A DNA stretch of 61,215 nucleotides, counting the filler, from Aduncisulcus paluster (Eukaryota): assembly GCA_024181965.1 (NCBI GenBank). It is 8 parts of 8 records of this genome, joined end to end, with 100 filler letters (N's around TTAATTAATTAA, not from the genome) between each part and the next. Parts side by side here need not be neighbours in the genome. Positions count along the whole stretch, not along the records: positions 22,297 to 27,064 come from BQXS01011187.1; positions 27,165 to 34,188 come from BQXS01011188.1; positions 34,289 to 44,540 come from BQXS01011189.1; 5 more parts are not named here. One strand, given 5' to 3'. Position 1 is the stretch's first letter. Each line of letters begins with the position of its first letter. This document shows positions 25,386-36,234 of the stretch, piece after piece. The notes below the pieces were generated by a model. The model was not told where the DNA came from, made no database searches, and worked only from the letters and a program-made list of their open reading frames with translations. Both the position numbers and the translations under genes were made by a program.

Positions 25386-26159
25386 CAATGAGTTTAAGCT
25401 CCGTTTTTATCATGATATTCCAGGAATATCGGGGAAAATATTCTTAAGACGTTGTACAATGAAGATGTTATGAAGCATTGTATAAAGAGGGGGATCAAAT
25501 CAATAAATGCATGTCATTTGCTCCACAAGATGTTTTTGGGATTAAATTGGATCTTTTATCGTGTTTTAGCCTCTTATTCTCATCGATAAAAAAATCATCC
25601 CAAGAAAGAGCATAAAACATCATATTTAGATGTTTGGGATCTAATATTTCAGTTATTAGCAATCAGCAGGAATTCATTTGGGTGGGAATCACCATGAATA
25701 AAGTTGAATATAGCAACAAAACTAACTTGACGAATCTGAAGTTCTGGATAATGCATTAATTTTGCTAATATTGATGATTTTATTGGTTAAAAAAGATTAA
25801 ATCGTGTTTATTGTTATTTTTATTAAAAGTGTATCATTTCTATGGCCAGGGATGGAAATGTGTTATAAAACAGCTGATAAACTTGTCACGGGAGATAATC
25901 TCGAAGAATTATAGCATTTATTGTAAATAAATACAAGAAACAGTTTTTAATATAAAGAGATTGCAACCATTCTTGATTCACAATAACTCCGGTTACCATA
26001 CTGTTGTTTTTGCCACAATTAGTCTTATTTTAAGAGAAAATCAAGATACCAGCTCAACGGAAGATATAAATTAAATGAACAGTATAAATCTATATTGTAC
26101 TGTATTCTTACGTTTTATATTCCAAAATAGAAATTAATTTAATAAAAGGATTGATTGAA

Positions 26160-26220
26160 CCGGAGTAACTTTTATAAAAAACGGAGTAACTTTTATAAAA
26201 ACCGGAGTAACTTTTTATAA
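26160..26220 (+). repeat. Three tandem 21-bp units (CGGAGTAACTTTTATAAAAA core)
   Basis: Visible directly. More copies of the core at 26859..26870 and as a palindrome at 26894..26913. Confidence 0.9.
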
Positions 26221-27166
26221 TATTATTGGCCGGATAAAATAATAAAAAAATAACGAGAATTATCTTAATATCTACTAAAATATATATTAGGAGTAATTTT
26301 TGTTAAAAATAATACCCTTTCTAAAAAATAAAGTATTAATATCATTCACGCAAGTGATTAGCCAACTTTCGGAATAGTATAGTATAATACAGCAATTATG
26401 TGAGGTAAATTACAGTAATCCTAAAGAAAAGATTGGGTTTCTGCTGTGCATCCCTTTGATAGTATAGTAGTATCCCGTGTCATCATGGTCGCATTAATAT
26501 GGCAAAATGATATCAAGGAATAGTAAATATTATCATTAAAATTGATTAATTTTACAAGAAAATAAAACCAACCAAGTGATTCGAAACAAAATGGAAAATG
26601 AATCTGTCTTGAATTTTTTGCAGTTGGTGTTGTTCTGTTATTCTGTTCATGTAATCATGAAAAAACATGCACAATCAATTTTATTATTCATGTTAAATAC
26701 TTTCTACAACTAAAATATGTTTATTTTGGATTGGATCATGAAGAAAAATATATCTCATGAAATAAGATAATATTAATATAGTGGCCACATAATACTTTAA
26801 TAAATTATAATAAGAATATTATTAAGCACAATGAAAATTTATTTTAACGAGGTTTAAACGGAGTAACTTTTTGAAAATACTTTTTATCGGAGGAAGTTAC
26901 TCCGGAGTAATTTCGCGCCCGTCCTATTATATTTCACATCTGGGATTCCTACTTTGAGCCAGCTTCGTCAAATACTTGGAGAAACAGTAACCATATCCTT
27001 TCGCCAATGCTGCGCCAAGGCGAGCAAGTCTCCAGAATGAGGTTTAGAAGAGGGATTTTTCAGANNNNNNNNNNNNNNNNNNNNNNNNNNNNNNNNNNNN
27101 NNNNNNNNTTAATTAATTAANNNNNNNNNNNNNNNNNNNNNNNNNNNNNNNNNNNNNNNNNNNNGT

Positions 27167-30058
27167 TGGGATCTATTCTCAGGAGAAAAGGGTTCTGGGA
27201 AAGGGGGAGTGCACGGGGGACTCATTTTACTTGGCGAGAAAGAAGAAAATGAGTTGAAAGAAAGAGAAGCCAAGGAAGAAGAAAACCAGAAGAAATTGGA
27301 TGAATTCCGTAGAAAACGGGAGGAGTCGAGTGAAAGGGAAACTCTGAGCGGTGATGTGGTTATCTCTGCTGGATTCTTTGATAAGATGGAGAGAATTGAG
27401 GATAACCAACTCTTTGATTTGTGTGGCCATGCTGGAATCTGGCTTGGCGGGAGAAAGTATTCTGCCCTTCAATCGCATCTCCAGTATATTATGTTCTCTT
27501 CTGCCTCCCCATCTGCATCTTTGGATTTAGAAAAGCTTGGGAAACACTCTTTTTCTGCTCTTGTTAACATGAGTCCATTCACTTCGACGAGTGCTGCAAC
27601 TACCATTCATTCTCACTCAGCTATATCACCTTCTATTGAGTCTCCTCTCATATATTTCCTTGGTCTTAATGCCTCTCTTCGTTCTGATCTGTTATCTGGG
27701 CTCACGAACACCAACTTCTTGCCAAATCAACATAGAGATCGATTCGTCGCATTGAGGATTAGGGAGAGACCTGCCTCGGAGATTGGAGTAGGTTCTGGTG
27801 TGGGTGGAGAATGGAGACGTCTTTCAGTCAGTGCATTGAGAAGCAAGGATGATCTCTCGAGAGGACAGCGTGAAGTCATGGAGTTTGAGAATGGTGGCCG
27901 TGCAAACACTCCACGCCATTGTCAAATATCTGCCATTTTCTCGGATGATGTATCAACGGTGGATGCTCTTGAAGTTATCGACCGACTTTCCACCTCTCTG
28001 AATGGAGCTATGCACTTTAAACAATCCAAAGCCGATGAATCGTTTGCTAATCTGTTATCGAATATTGCTTCCGAGAAGAAACGCCTTCTTGATCAAGCCC
28101 TGCGTGAGTGGCAGTCTGAGAGAGAGAAGAGGGATGCTCGAACTCCACGTAAGCAACCTCTCAGCTTCTCTCTGACGGCTACTATTGCCAATATGCGGGA
28201 ATTGATGAATGGAATGCTTGATCTTGATGACGACGGGGAGATTCTTGAGCTCATTGCCGCTGAAGATGTTCCAACATACTTTGAGTTTGAAGGTAAAGGA
28301 TTCGATGGCACTGGATCAAGAGAAGAGGCACAGAAAAGTGAGGATGCCGTCAAAGAATACCATTCTCATATGTTCAAAGAGTTCTCTGAATTATCTGGCG
28401 AGATATTCACCGACAAGGAGCAAGATCTGTTTGTCAACATGTTGTGGAGGAAATCTATTGAGAAAGAGATGATTGAGAGGGAGGAGATATTTGAAGAGAT
28501 GAGAAAAGAGAGAGTTAAATCCTATCAACTCGGTGAGGAAGGATCACCTAGTACTAAGGTCCAATATGGTCGCAAACGTAAGCCATTCGAGTTCACCAGC
28601 ACGGTGAAGAGAGCCATGCTTGAGGCTGAGTTCCAGACTGCTTCTGCCGCGTTACCACGTGTTCTTCCGCCCATCCATGAAGGCAGGCCTGCCATGGCCA
28701 TCGATGCGGATGCTGACGATGTGATTGGAGAAGTTCTTCGTGCCCATCGTGAACAAGCCATTGGCATGAAAGGGTCTGATATTCCGACCGATCAAAAGGA
28801 GCCAAAAGATTGGGTTGACCATGCTGCTTCCCTTAAACTGAAAGATTTATCCCATACCGTAGCCGATGGAGCACGTCCTCGTCCTGAAAGGTCTCCTGCC
28901 GTTAATAAGACACCTATTGCCAGTACCATTCAGAATCTTGAGCGTATTCGAAGCGATATCATCTCCCAAGAAGTTGCTACTGATGTGGGTTCTACAATAT
29001 CTCCTCGTTCTTTGCCTCCTCTCTTGTCTGATTCTGTCAGTCAAGCCCTTGTGTCCTCTCCTGTTCCTTCTCCTATTCCAGTCAGTGTAGCCGGTGGAAA
29101 TAGACTTCAGCAAGACCTCAAGATCAAGAAGGGCGCTAGGCGTGTCGATACCGTGCGTACTTTGCCAGCAGAGGATGTTGTTACTCTCTCTCAGTCCTTG
29201 AACACGGGTGTAACATATGGATCTGTTTCATCACAAGCCATGACTCAACAATCGAGTGTTGGACTATCACGTATGTCTTCTGGCTTGCCTTCAAGCTCAT
29301 CGCCATTGAAAAAGAGTGACATCTCACGTATGCAACAAGAATTGGTGGCTCATACCGCCAGTATCATTGGGAAACCAGTTGCTCAGCTGAATGTGACAAG
29401 AATCGAAACTGAGGGCATCTCTTTGGCCACTCGGAAATCAATGGGAAGTGCCAGACGTCGGAATGCCAAGCAGAACCTGGGAGGAGCAAGTGCTGGGCCC
29501 AGTTCCCTTGCCATGGATTCATCCGCAATTCCACACCATCTTCATTCATTTGACCCATCTCCTTCCAGCGTGCAATATGGTTATCTTTCTGTTGGAAAAT
29601 CATATGCAACAACCCTTGTTCTTCGTAACACCGGTGTGAAAGCATGGAGATTCCGAATTTCGGATTGTTCTTCCACTCCCAATGCGGAGATTACTTGCCG
29701 TTACAGTCGTGGTTCGGTTGCTGCCGGTATGACTCGTCGTGTTGTCGTTTACATCCATTGTCTCAACCCTGGTGCTGTCTTTGGCACATTAAACGTCTTG
29801 AGTGAGACAGAAATGATGAGTATCCCGGTGAATGCTCAAATTGTTACTGGTCCTGTGAAAGGAGGAGAGGAGAGAGAGGAAGAGGAAGAAATGGGAATCT
29901 CTGACGGTCTTTGGATGGGAAAAGATGTTAAAGAGGCGATGTTTCCAATAATGGGAAGTGAAACCACAAGATCCACAGGAGGAAGTGCTTTTGGTCGGTT
30001 ATCTGTGCTTTCTGATGGAACAATTCTCTCTCCTCTTCACACTGGAAGAAGTGAATGA
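27167..30058 (+). CDS. SPAG17/PF6-like flagellar central-pair protein, C-terminal part with PapD/ASH-like domain (5'-partial)
   Basis: C-terminal VQYGYLSVGKSYATTLVLRNTGVKAWRFRI and YSRGSVAAGMTRRVVV resemble the SPAG17 PapD-like domain. The frame is open to the scaffold edge. Confidence 0.6.
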   Translation, partial: WDLFSGEKGSGKGGVHGGLILLGEKEENELKEREAKEEENQKKLDEFRRKREESSERETLSGDVVISAGFFDKMERIEDNQLFDLCGHAGIWLGGRKYSALQSHLQYIMFSSASPSASLDLEKLGKHSFSALVNMSPFTSTSAATTIHSHSAISPSIESPLIYFLGLNASLRSDLLSGLTNTNFLPNQHRDRFVALRIRERPASEIGVGSGVGGEWRRLSVSALRSKDDLSRGQREVMEFENGGRANTPRHCQISAIFSDDVSTVDALEVIDRLSTSLNGAMHFKQSKADESFANLLSNIASEKKRLLDQALREWQSEREKRDARTPRKQPLSFSLTATIANMRELMNGMLDLDDDGEILELIAAEDVPTYFEFEGKGFDGTGSREEAQKSEDAVKEYHSHMFKEFSELSGEIFTDKEQDLFVNMLWRKSIEKEMIEREEIFEEMRKERVKSYQLGEEGSPSTKVQYGRKRKPFEFTSTVKRAMLEAEFQTASAALPRVLPPIHEGRPAMAIDADADDVIGEVLRAHREQAIGMKGSDIPTDQKEPKDWVDHAASLKLKDLSHTVADGARPRPERSPAVNKTPIASTIQNLERIRSDIISQEVATDVGSTISPRSLPPLLSDSVSQALVSSPVPSPIPVSVAGGNRLQQDLKIKKGARRVDTVRTLPAEDVVTLSQSLNTGVTYGSVSSQAMTQQSSVGLSRMSSGLPSSSSPLKKSDISRMQQELVAHTASIIGKPVAQLNVTRIETEGISLATRKSMGSARRRNAKQNLGGASAGPSSLAMDSSAIPHHLHSFDPSPSSVQYGYLSVGKSYATTLVLRNTGVKAWRFRISDCSSTPNAEITCRYSRGSVAAGMTRRVVVYIHCLNPGAVFGTLNVLSETEMMSIPVNAQIVTGPVKGGEEREEEEEMGISDGLWMGKDVKEAMFPIMGSETTRSTGGSAFGRLSVLSDGTILSPLHTGRSE

Positions 30059-30639
30059 GTTTGATCGCCAAAATCATAACATAGGGCCGATAGTTTACCA
30101 ATTTATATTTTGAAATCACTTTTTCAAATTGAAATATTGTAGTAAAGAAGATGTTTTTGTTGAAGAATTGTATCTTTCGATTTCAAGTTAGTTTCTTCTT
30201 TTTATTCAGTATCAAAAAAATTTCAATCTAACTGTAATTTAATTTTCTTTTTATATTATGTTTTATCTCATTCGAGAGCAAAGTGGGGGTCGTTTCTATC
30301 ATATGTCCACTATTTCGATAAATATCAACAGGACTTGATCTATTTCAAGTTGAAAATAACTATTTATCGTTTTTCTGATTGAGTTAGATCGTTTCGCTTG
30401 TTTATTCAGTTTTTTATCTCAACCTATCATTTATCATGATGTTTTCAACGATTTTCGCCAGATCTCATTCAGTTTCTGTTAGAAACAATCCATTAAAACA
30501 TGCGAAGCAAGTTCATATTACAGATTTGAGTTGTTTTTATGAAATGGATCACAATATCCCTTCTAGATCCTTAATCTCGCCATTTTCAGTTTTATTTTTA
30601 CTTTTTTCGTGTATTATTGAAGGTTTTCATATCTTATTA

Positions 30640-33600
30640 ATGAAACGTTTATTATTTTCTATATTTCTAATTCTTTTCATGGGTTCTCTTGTATACGCTT
30701 TTGATACAAATTCTCTTGAGGATGGAATGCGATGTTCATTGTGCACTGCTCTTGGCCAATCGGATACATGCACTTTAACTCTTGAGGATATTCAGTCTGT
30801 TACCGAGTTGATTCTCGGTGACTCCACTTCCTGTTCTGGTAAATATTTTACAACTTTGGAACCATTATCAAACTGTCTTAATCTTGAAACTCTAACCTTA
30901 AAAAATGATAATAGTGATTTGGGGAATCTGACCACAATGGCGTCCCTAGATACGATTGTTACACTTCCTTCTTTGACTTCTTTATCCATTATTGGAGCAA
31001 CTTCGTTGGATTTTGACGCGCGTTTCGGATTTAAGAATCTTATTTTCCTTAAATCTCTGATCCTTTCCAATTGTGGTGTTTCTGATGTAACAGGAATTTC
31101 CGTTATGAGGAATTTACAATCTTTATCTCTCGATGAAAACGGTTCAATTGGAACGAGTTCTTCCCTGGATGAAATAGCCCTTTTGTATGACCTCGAATCC
31201 TTTTCTTGTAAGACCTGTTCCCTTAGTTCCTTACGTTTCCTCAGTAATTCTACAAATTTAACCAATATCGATGTTAGTTTTAATTATTTGAAGGATGTTT
31301 CCCCTCTATTCTCCCTCTTAAACCTTAATACCGTAACTATATCCAACAATTATATCTGTGATCCAGAATTTTCGGCCAAGGGATACTTTGAAACCTCCTA
31401 TTTATCTGAATTAAACGCCAATAGTATGATAACAGATGATTGTTCAGCCTGTTCAACATATCCGTTTGGAATGGTTGAGGATTCAGCTGATTGTGTCTGT
31501 ATGGAACGATATGTTCTTAATTCTTCCCAAAATGGATGTGAAAAGGCCGAAGGTAGATGTTCTGAGTGTGTACATGGTACATGTGTGGAATCTGGGGCTA
31601 GGTACTTATGCTCTTGTGAAAATGGGTGGATCGGTGATTTCTGTAATGATGTTTTGTTGGATGTTGATACTCATTTTAACGGAAATTCTGCTCTCTTTGA
31701 CTATCTAGATGCCACATATGAGGTATTTTCAATGCAAAATGTTCAAGAAACAACCTCTTTATATATATCTGATGAGTCAATTGCAAGTGCCGATGGATTG
31801 GAATTGTTCTCATCACTATCTGTTCTCAAATTTTATTGTCCGGCACTTTCAGATGTCTCTTCAGTTTCTCAGCTTCTTAACCTTTCAGATTTTACGATTA
31901 ATGATTCTCTGATCACCGCTATTCCTCTAATTCGTGGACCGCTGACTACATTTGATTGTTCTTTGTCAAAAATTGAAGATCTCTCTCCCTTATTCAAATT
32001 TTCAAGTGGTATGATGGCGCTTTCAATATCTTTTGGAAGTCGGACTGAAAATAGCTTTACCACTGATGAGTTGGATTGGATTGCTGATCAAAGTTCCACT
32101 CTTGAGAGGTTCGATTTTTATGGGACCAGTGAATGTGACCTCACCGATACTAGTGTTGGGAGCTTGGGTACTTATCTGTCGAGTGGTTCTCCAATGCTTA
32201 CGACAATTCACTTTGAAAATATTGGCATTACTACTCTTGCTTGTCTGTCAACGTTTCCGACTTCAATCACAAAAATCAACATTCAAAATACAAATTTAAG
32301 TGCAGAGACGAGTGTTGGTAGTTCTCTTTCCCAATTCCCATTGGAAATGCTTATTCTTGTCAATCTTGGCCTCGATAATACTGCTGTTTCTAGTATTTCT
32401 AATTTAGGCACTTCCCTTTATACTGTGCGTTTAGATGGGAATCCGATCACTGAAAATACGATTGAACTTAGTTCTATTCTGAATTATTATTGTAGGAACT
32501 GTTTGATTGATGTTTTCGATTTCTCTACCTTGCTCAATGTTGAGTATCTATGGCTTGAAGGAAATTATATTTCATCTATTCCCGATAACCTCCCATCGAA
32601 TTTGAAATCTTTTGACATTTCGAACATGAAGGTTCCTATCAGTACTTTTAATGTTAGTTCTTTCCCTGCATCGCTCGTGGATTTATTTAATATTTCGGGT
32701 ACTACTTTCCCCGCTTCTGCTTTACCAACTATCTTGTCATCTACTGTTCCATATGCCAAGCTTCTAATGAGTGATTGTCACCTTACTGATCTGTCAACTT
32801 TGACTGCTCCTCTTCCACAAAGTTTGACATATATTGATCTTTCATATAACGATCTAAATGCCTTTAATACGGGTCTTATCACATCAATCCCTGAAGATGT
32901 CGAATTTTATATCGATCTCTCGTATAATATTATGGATGATTCCACTATTGTAGATCTTTTAAGTTATTTTAATAGTTTATTTGAGTTGGAATCAAATCTT
33001 GTCCTGGATCCACAACGATATGAATGTGGTGAGACATTGGAAGCGAATGAAATTTGTGCGGTTTCGGAGACATCTGATGGAATCACTTTCTCATATAGTG
33101 CTATTTGCACTGATGGGATGGCTCGGTCCTCACAAACTGGTTCTTGTGAAGTGAATACAAATTGTGCTTCCATTTCATGTGAGTATGGAGAACTTGTTTC
33201 ATCGGACGATAGTTCATGTGGTTGTGAATGTCTTGTTAATGGATATGGAGACTCTTGTTCGTTCTGTGATATTTTTGGCACATGTAATGGCCATGGGATG
33301 TGTTCAGATACTCTAGAATGTGATTGTTTTGATGGCTTTACAGGAGATTCGTGTGAATATATTGCTTTCGATGATGAAAATCTAAATAATTATATTTGTA
33401 ACATTGTAAATGAGGATTCAACTGCGTGTTTACTCACTATTTCTGATTTAACTCTTATTACGGAGCTCTCTATCCCAACAAACATTGGTGTTGTTTCCCT
33501 TGGCGGGATTCGCTACATGTATAATCTTACAAGTCTTAGTATTAGCGGATTGACTTCCATTGATGATTCTGATGTCGAAGAAATATCATACTTGAACTCC

Positions 33601-34188
33601 CTTACATATCTTTGTATAAGTGAGACTGATATTCGATCTTTGGCTCCACTTGCATCGATATCCGATTCTCTTACAAATTTGGTCGCAGATAGTTGTGAAA
33701 ATCTCGATTATCTCAGTATTTCATCGCTTTCTTCCCTGACTACATTAGTCATTGATGAAGTTCCCATAATTTACTCTTCATTTTTTAGTTTTTTCCCGAA
33801 TTTGCAAACGTTATCGGCTTCGGGCTGTGGAATTGTTGACATATCCTTCGTTCTTGATCTTGTTGATTTGGTGAATATTGATCTTAGTTATAATGAAATT
33901 TATGATATGACAGCTGTCTATTTCCATCCGTTATATCCGGATTTTAACTATCTAAATATTTCCTACAACTATCTGTGTCCCACAGCTGTGGAATATATAT
34001 CTGATTCATCTGAATTAGTTACTGAATCCGATGTGAATTTGCTTCTATCGCCACAAATGGCCAATTCTTGTGGTTGTGATCCCCAACCAAACTATATTTA
34101 TTGTGTTTCTTGTGCCAAAGTGGATGATTCTTGGGTTGTCCAATGTTCATATGGCTCTTCATCTCTTGATGAAAATAATACTTCTTGT
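30640..34188 (+). CDS. Secreted/surface protein of alternating internalin-like LRR blocks and EGF-like Cys-rich modules (3'-partial)
   Basis: Signal peptide MKRLLFSIFLILFMGSLVYA from ATG 30640. LxxLxLxxNxI repeats. EGF motifs CVHGTC..CSCENGWIGDFC and CNGHGMC..CDCFDGFTGDSC. Confidence 0.85.
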
Positions 34189-34289
34189 NNNNNNNNNNNN
34201 NNNNNNNNNNNNNNNNNNNNNNNNNNNNNNNNTTAATTAATTAANNNNNNNNNNNNNNNNNNNNNNNNNNNNNNNNNNNNNNNNNNNNG

Positions 34290-36031
34290 ATGGAACTCTG
34301 GTCTTTCCTTCAATTTACGAGAGTTTTGAAGCATGCCAACATGCAAGACGTGTCCCCCCCTGGAGCGATGGAATGTGCTCTGTTACAAGTCTTCGTGGAA
34401 GCATTCTCCTCCTTTCCTTTTCCTTCAACTCTCCTCTTTTCTTGCCTCCGTTTCTTCTCCCTTCTTCGTCCACAAACCATCCATCTGAAATCCATCACAT
34501 GAAACGGAAGGATCTTGAAACAAAAACATATGTTGACGATGATCATATCTCCGTCAGACAGGCAGTCAGTTGTTCTGAATGTATGAAAGAACAAGGTCTT
34601 CTTGGAGGTGACATTATCTCAGACGGGAGCAAAGACACTGTACATGTGCCGTTAAGCGATAAGAGTGGCTCGCAGGACAGTGAGCATTCAAGTGAGTTTT
34701 TAAGAATTGTACCTTCAAATATTCTTGAGAATTCAGTATCTCGTTCAATCTTGGAGCATTCGTGGTTTTTCTCTATCTCTTCGCTCCAATTTACTTCAAG
34801 AATATATCAAGCATTGACACATCTCTGTCTTGAAAATAACTTGGAAGAGTGCAGGATGCTGATATCTTCCATCTGCTCTAATTTTAATCCAATATCGGTG
34901 TTCTCTATCATGACTTCCTTGTATTCGCAGATCTGCTCTTCCTCGACTCTTCTCTCCTCTTCGTTAACAATGACCCACGCTGTGTTCCTATTGACCATGA
35001 TAGAAGGACAATTACGGGTATATACTGAAGGAATTGTGCGTGCATCTCGAATGACTGATCCTCTGCTGAGACTGAAGGGAAAACCTGGACTGGGTAATGT
35101 TCTAGCTTCTCTATTCGTCTCGACGTGGCATAATTCCATCTTATATCGTTTTGCTTTCTTCACCTCGCTGCTTCCTTTCCTTTCTATTCTCATATGTCTG
35201 CCCCAAGACATCTTAGAAAATGAAATGGTGACTGTATGCGGCAGTACAGGGAGGGAACTAGAACAACTCAAGAATATTACAACATCAAAGACATTAATAG
35301 CAATTAAATCGCTCGAGAAAAAGAATAGAACGATGCTCAATCCATCTGTCGCTGCTTCACTCCCAGAAACAGTCTCAGTAGAACAGAAACTCTTTCAGGA
35401 ACAACACGAGGATGAGATTGGTGGAATTGGAGAGGAATTGTCTCCTTCAGATGCTTCGTCGTGTTCGATTTCTGTTCTTTTGAAGCATGACTCTTCTTCT
35501 CTCCTTTCTCTCCTCTCATCTTCTCTTTCTTCTTCACATGCCCTATTATCGATGTTTTTTGCCATGACAAGCCGGCCAGTTTTGTCTTTATTTTATGTTT
35601 TATCAGATATTCCTAGCCCCATAAAACACATGGTAACTGAACGTCTTGTTGGTGGACCTCTATGTTCCACTTCTTCCGGATTCTCTTGTGATGCACGTGA
35701 TGTACCATGGATAATGTGGAAAAATGATTCCAAAGATCAAGAATATCCTGATTCAAGTCCGTTAATGTATCGTGACGTAACGTTATCATCTCCTTCAGAT
35801 GCTTCGTCATTAGATGAAGGTAAATCTTCCAAGATGAAAGGAGGGGAATCAATGGATGAATCGATGTTGAAATGGAGTGTTGCACTTGAAAGGGAAATGG
35901 AACGTGAAGAATCGTTATTCACAGCTTTACTGGAGGAAGAAATGAAGGGAGTTCATGATAAAGGGGGGGCTTCCGGAATCATGCGAGTTAACACAGAATG
36001 CAATGAGGAGAGTATTATTTATTTTGATTAA
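34290..36031 (+). CDS. Hypothetical helical Ser-rich protein, 5'-partial, apparent frameshift before ~34500
   Basis: 552-codon ORF, with an overlapping upstream frame (34290..34502) that also looks coding. No family recognised. Confidence 0.55.
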
Positions 36032-36234
36032 TTATGTTAATAAAATTATAATCTTATGTTTTAAGATTTTAGAAATAGGAAAGTTTATCTCCTAATTACT
36101 TATAGTTACGAGGTAAATAAAAACGTTTCTTGTTAATATAATGATTTTAAGAGCCTTTTTAGAAGTCATATTCTTGTTTTTCATCCTTCAAATGAGAGCA
36201 AACGATTTTTTGCAGTATTCGCTACATATGATGA

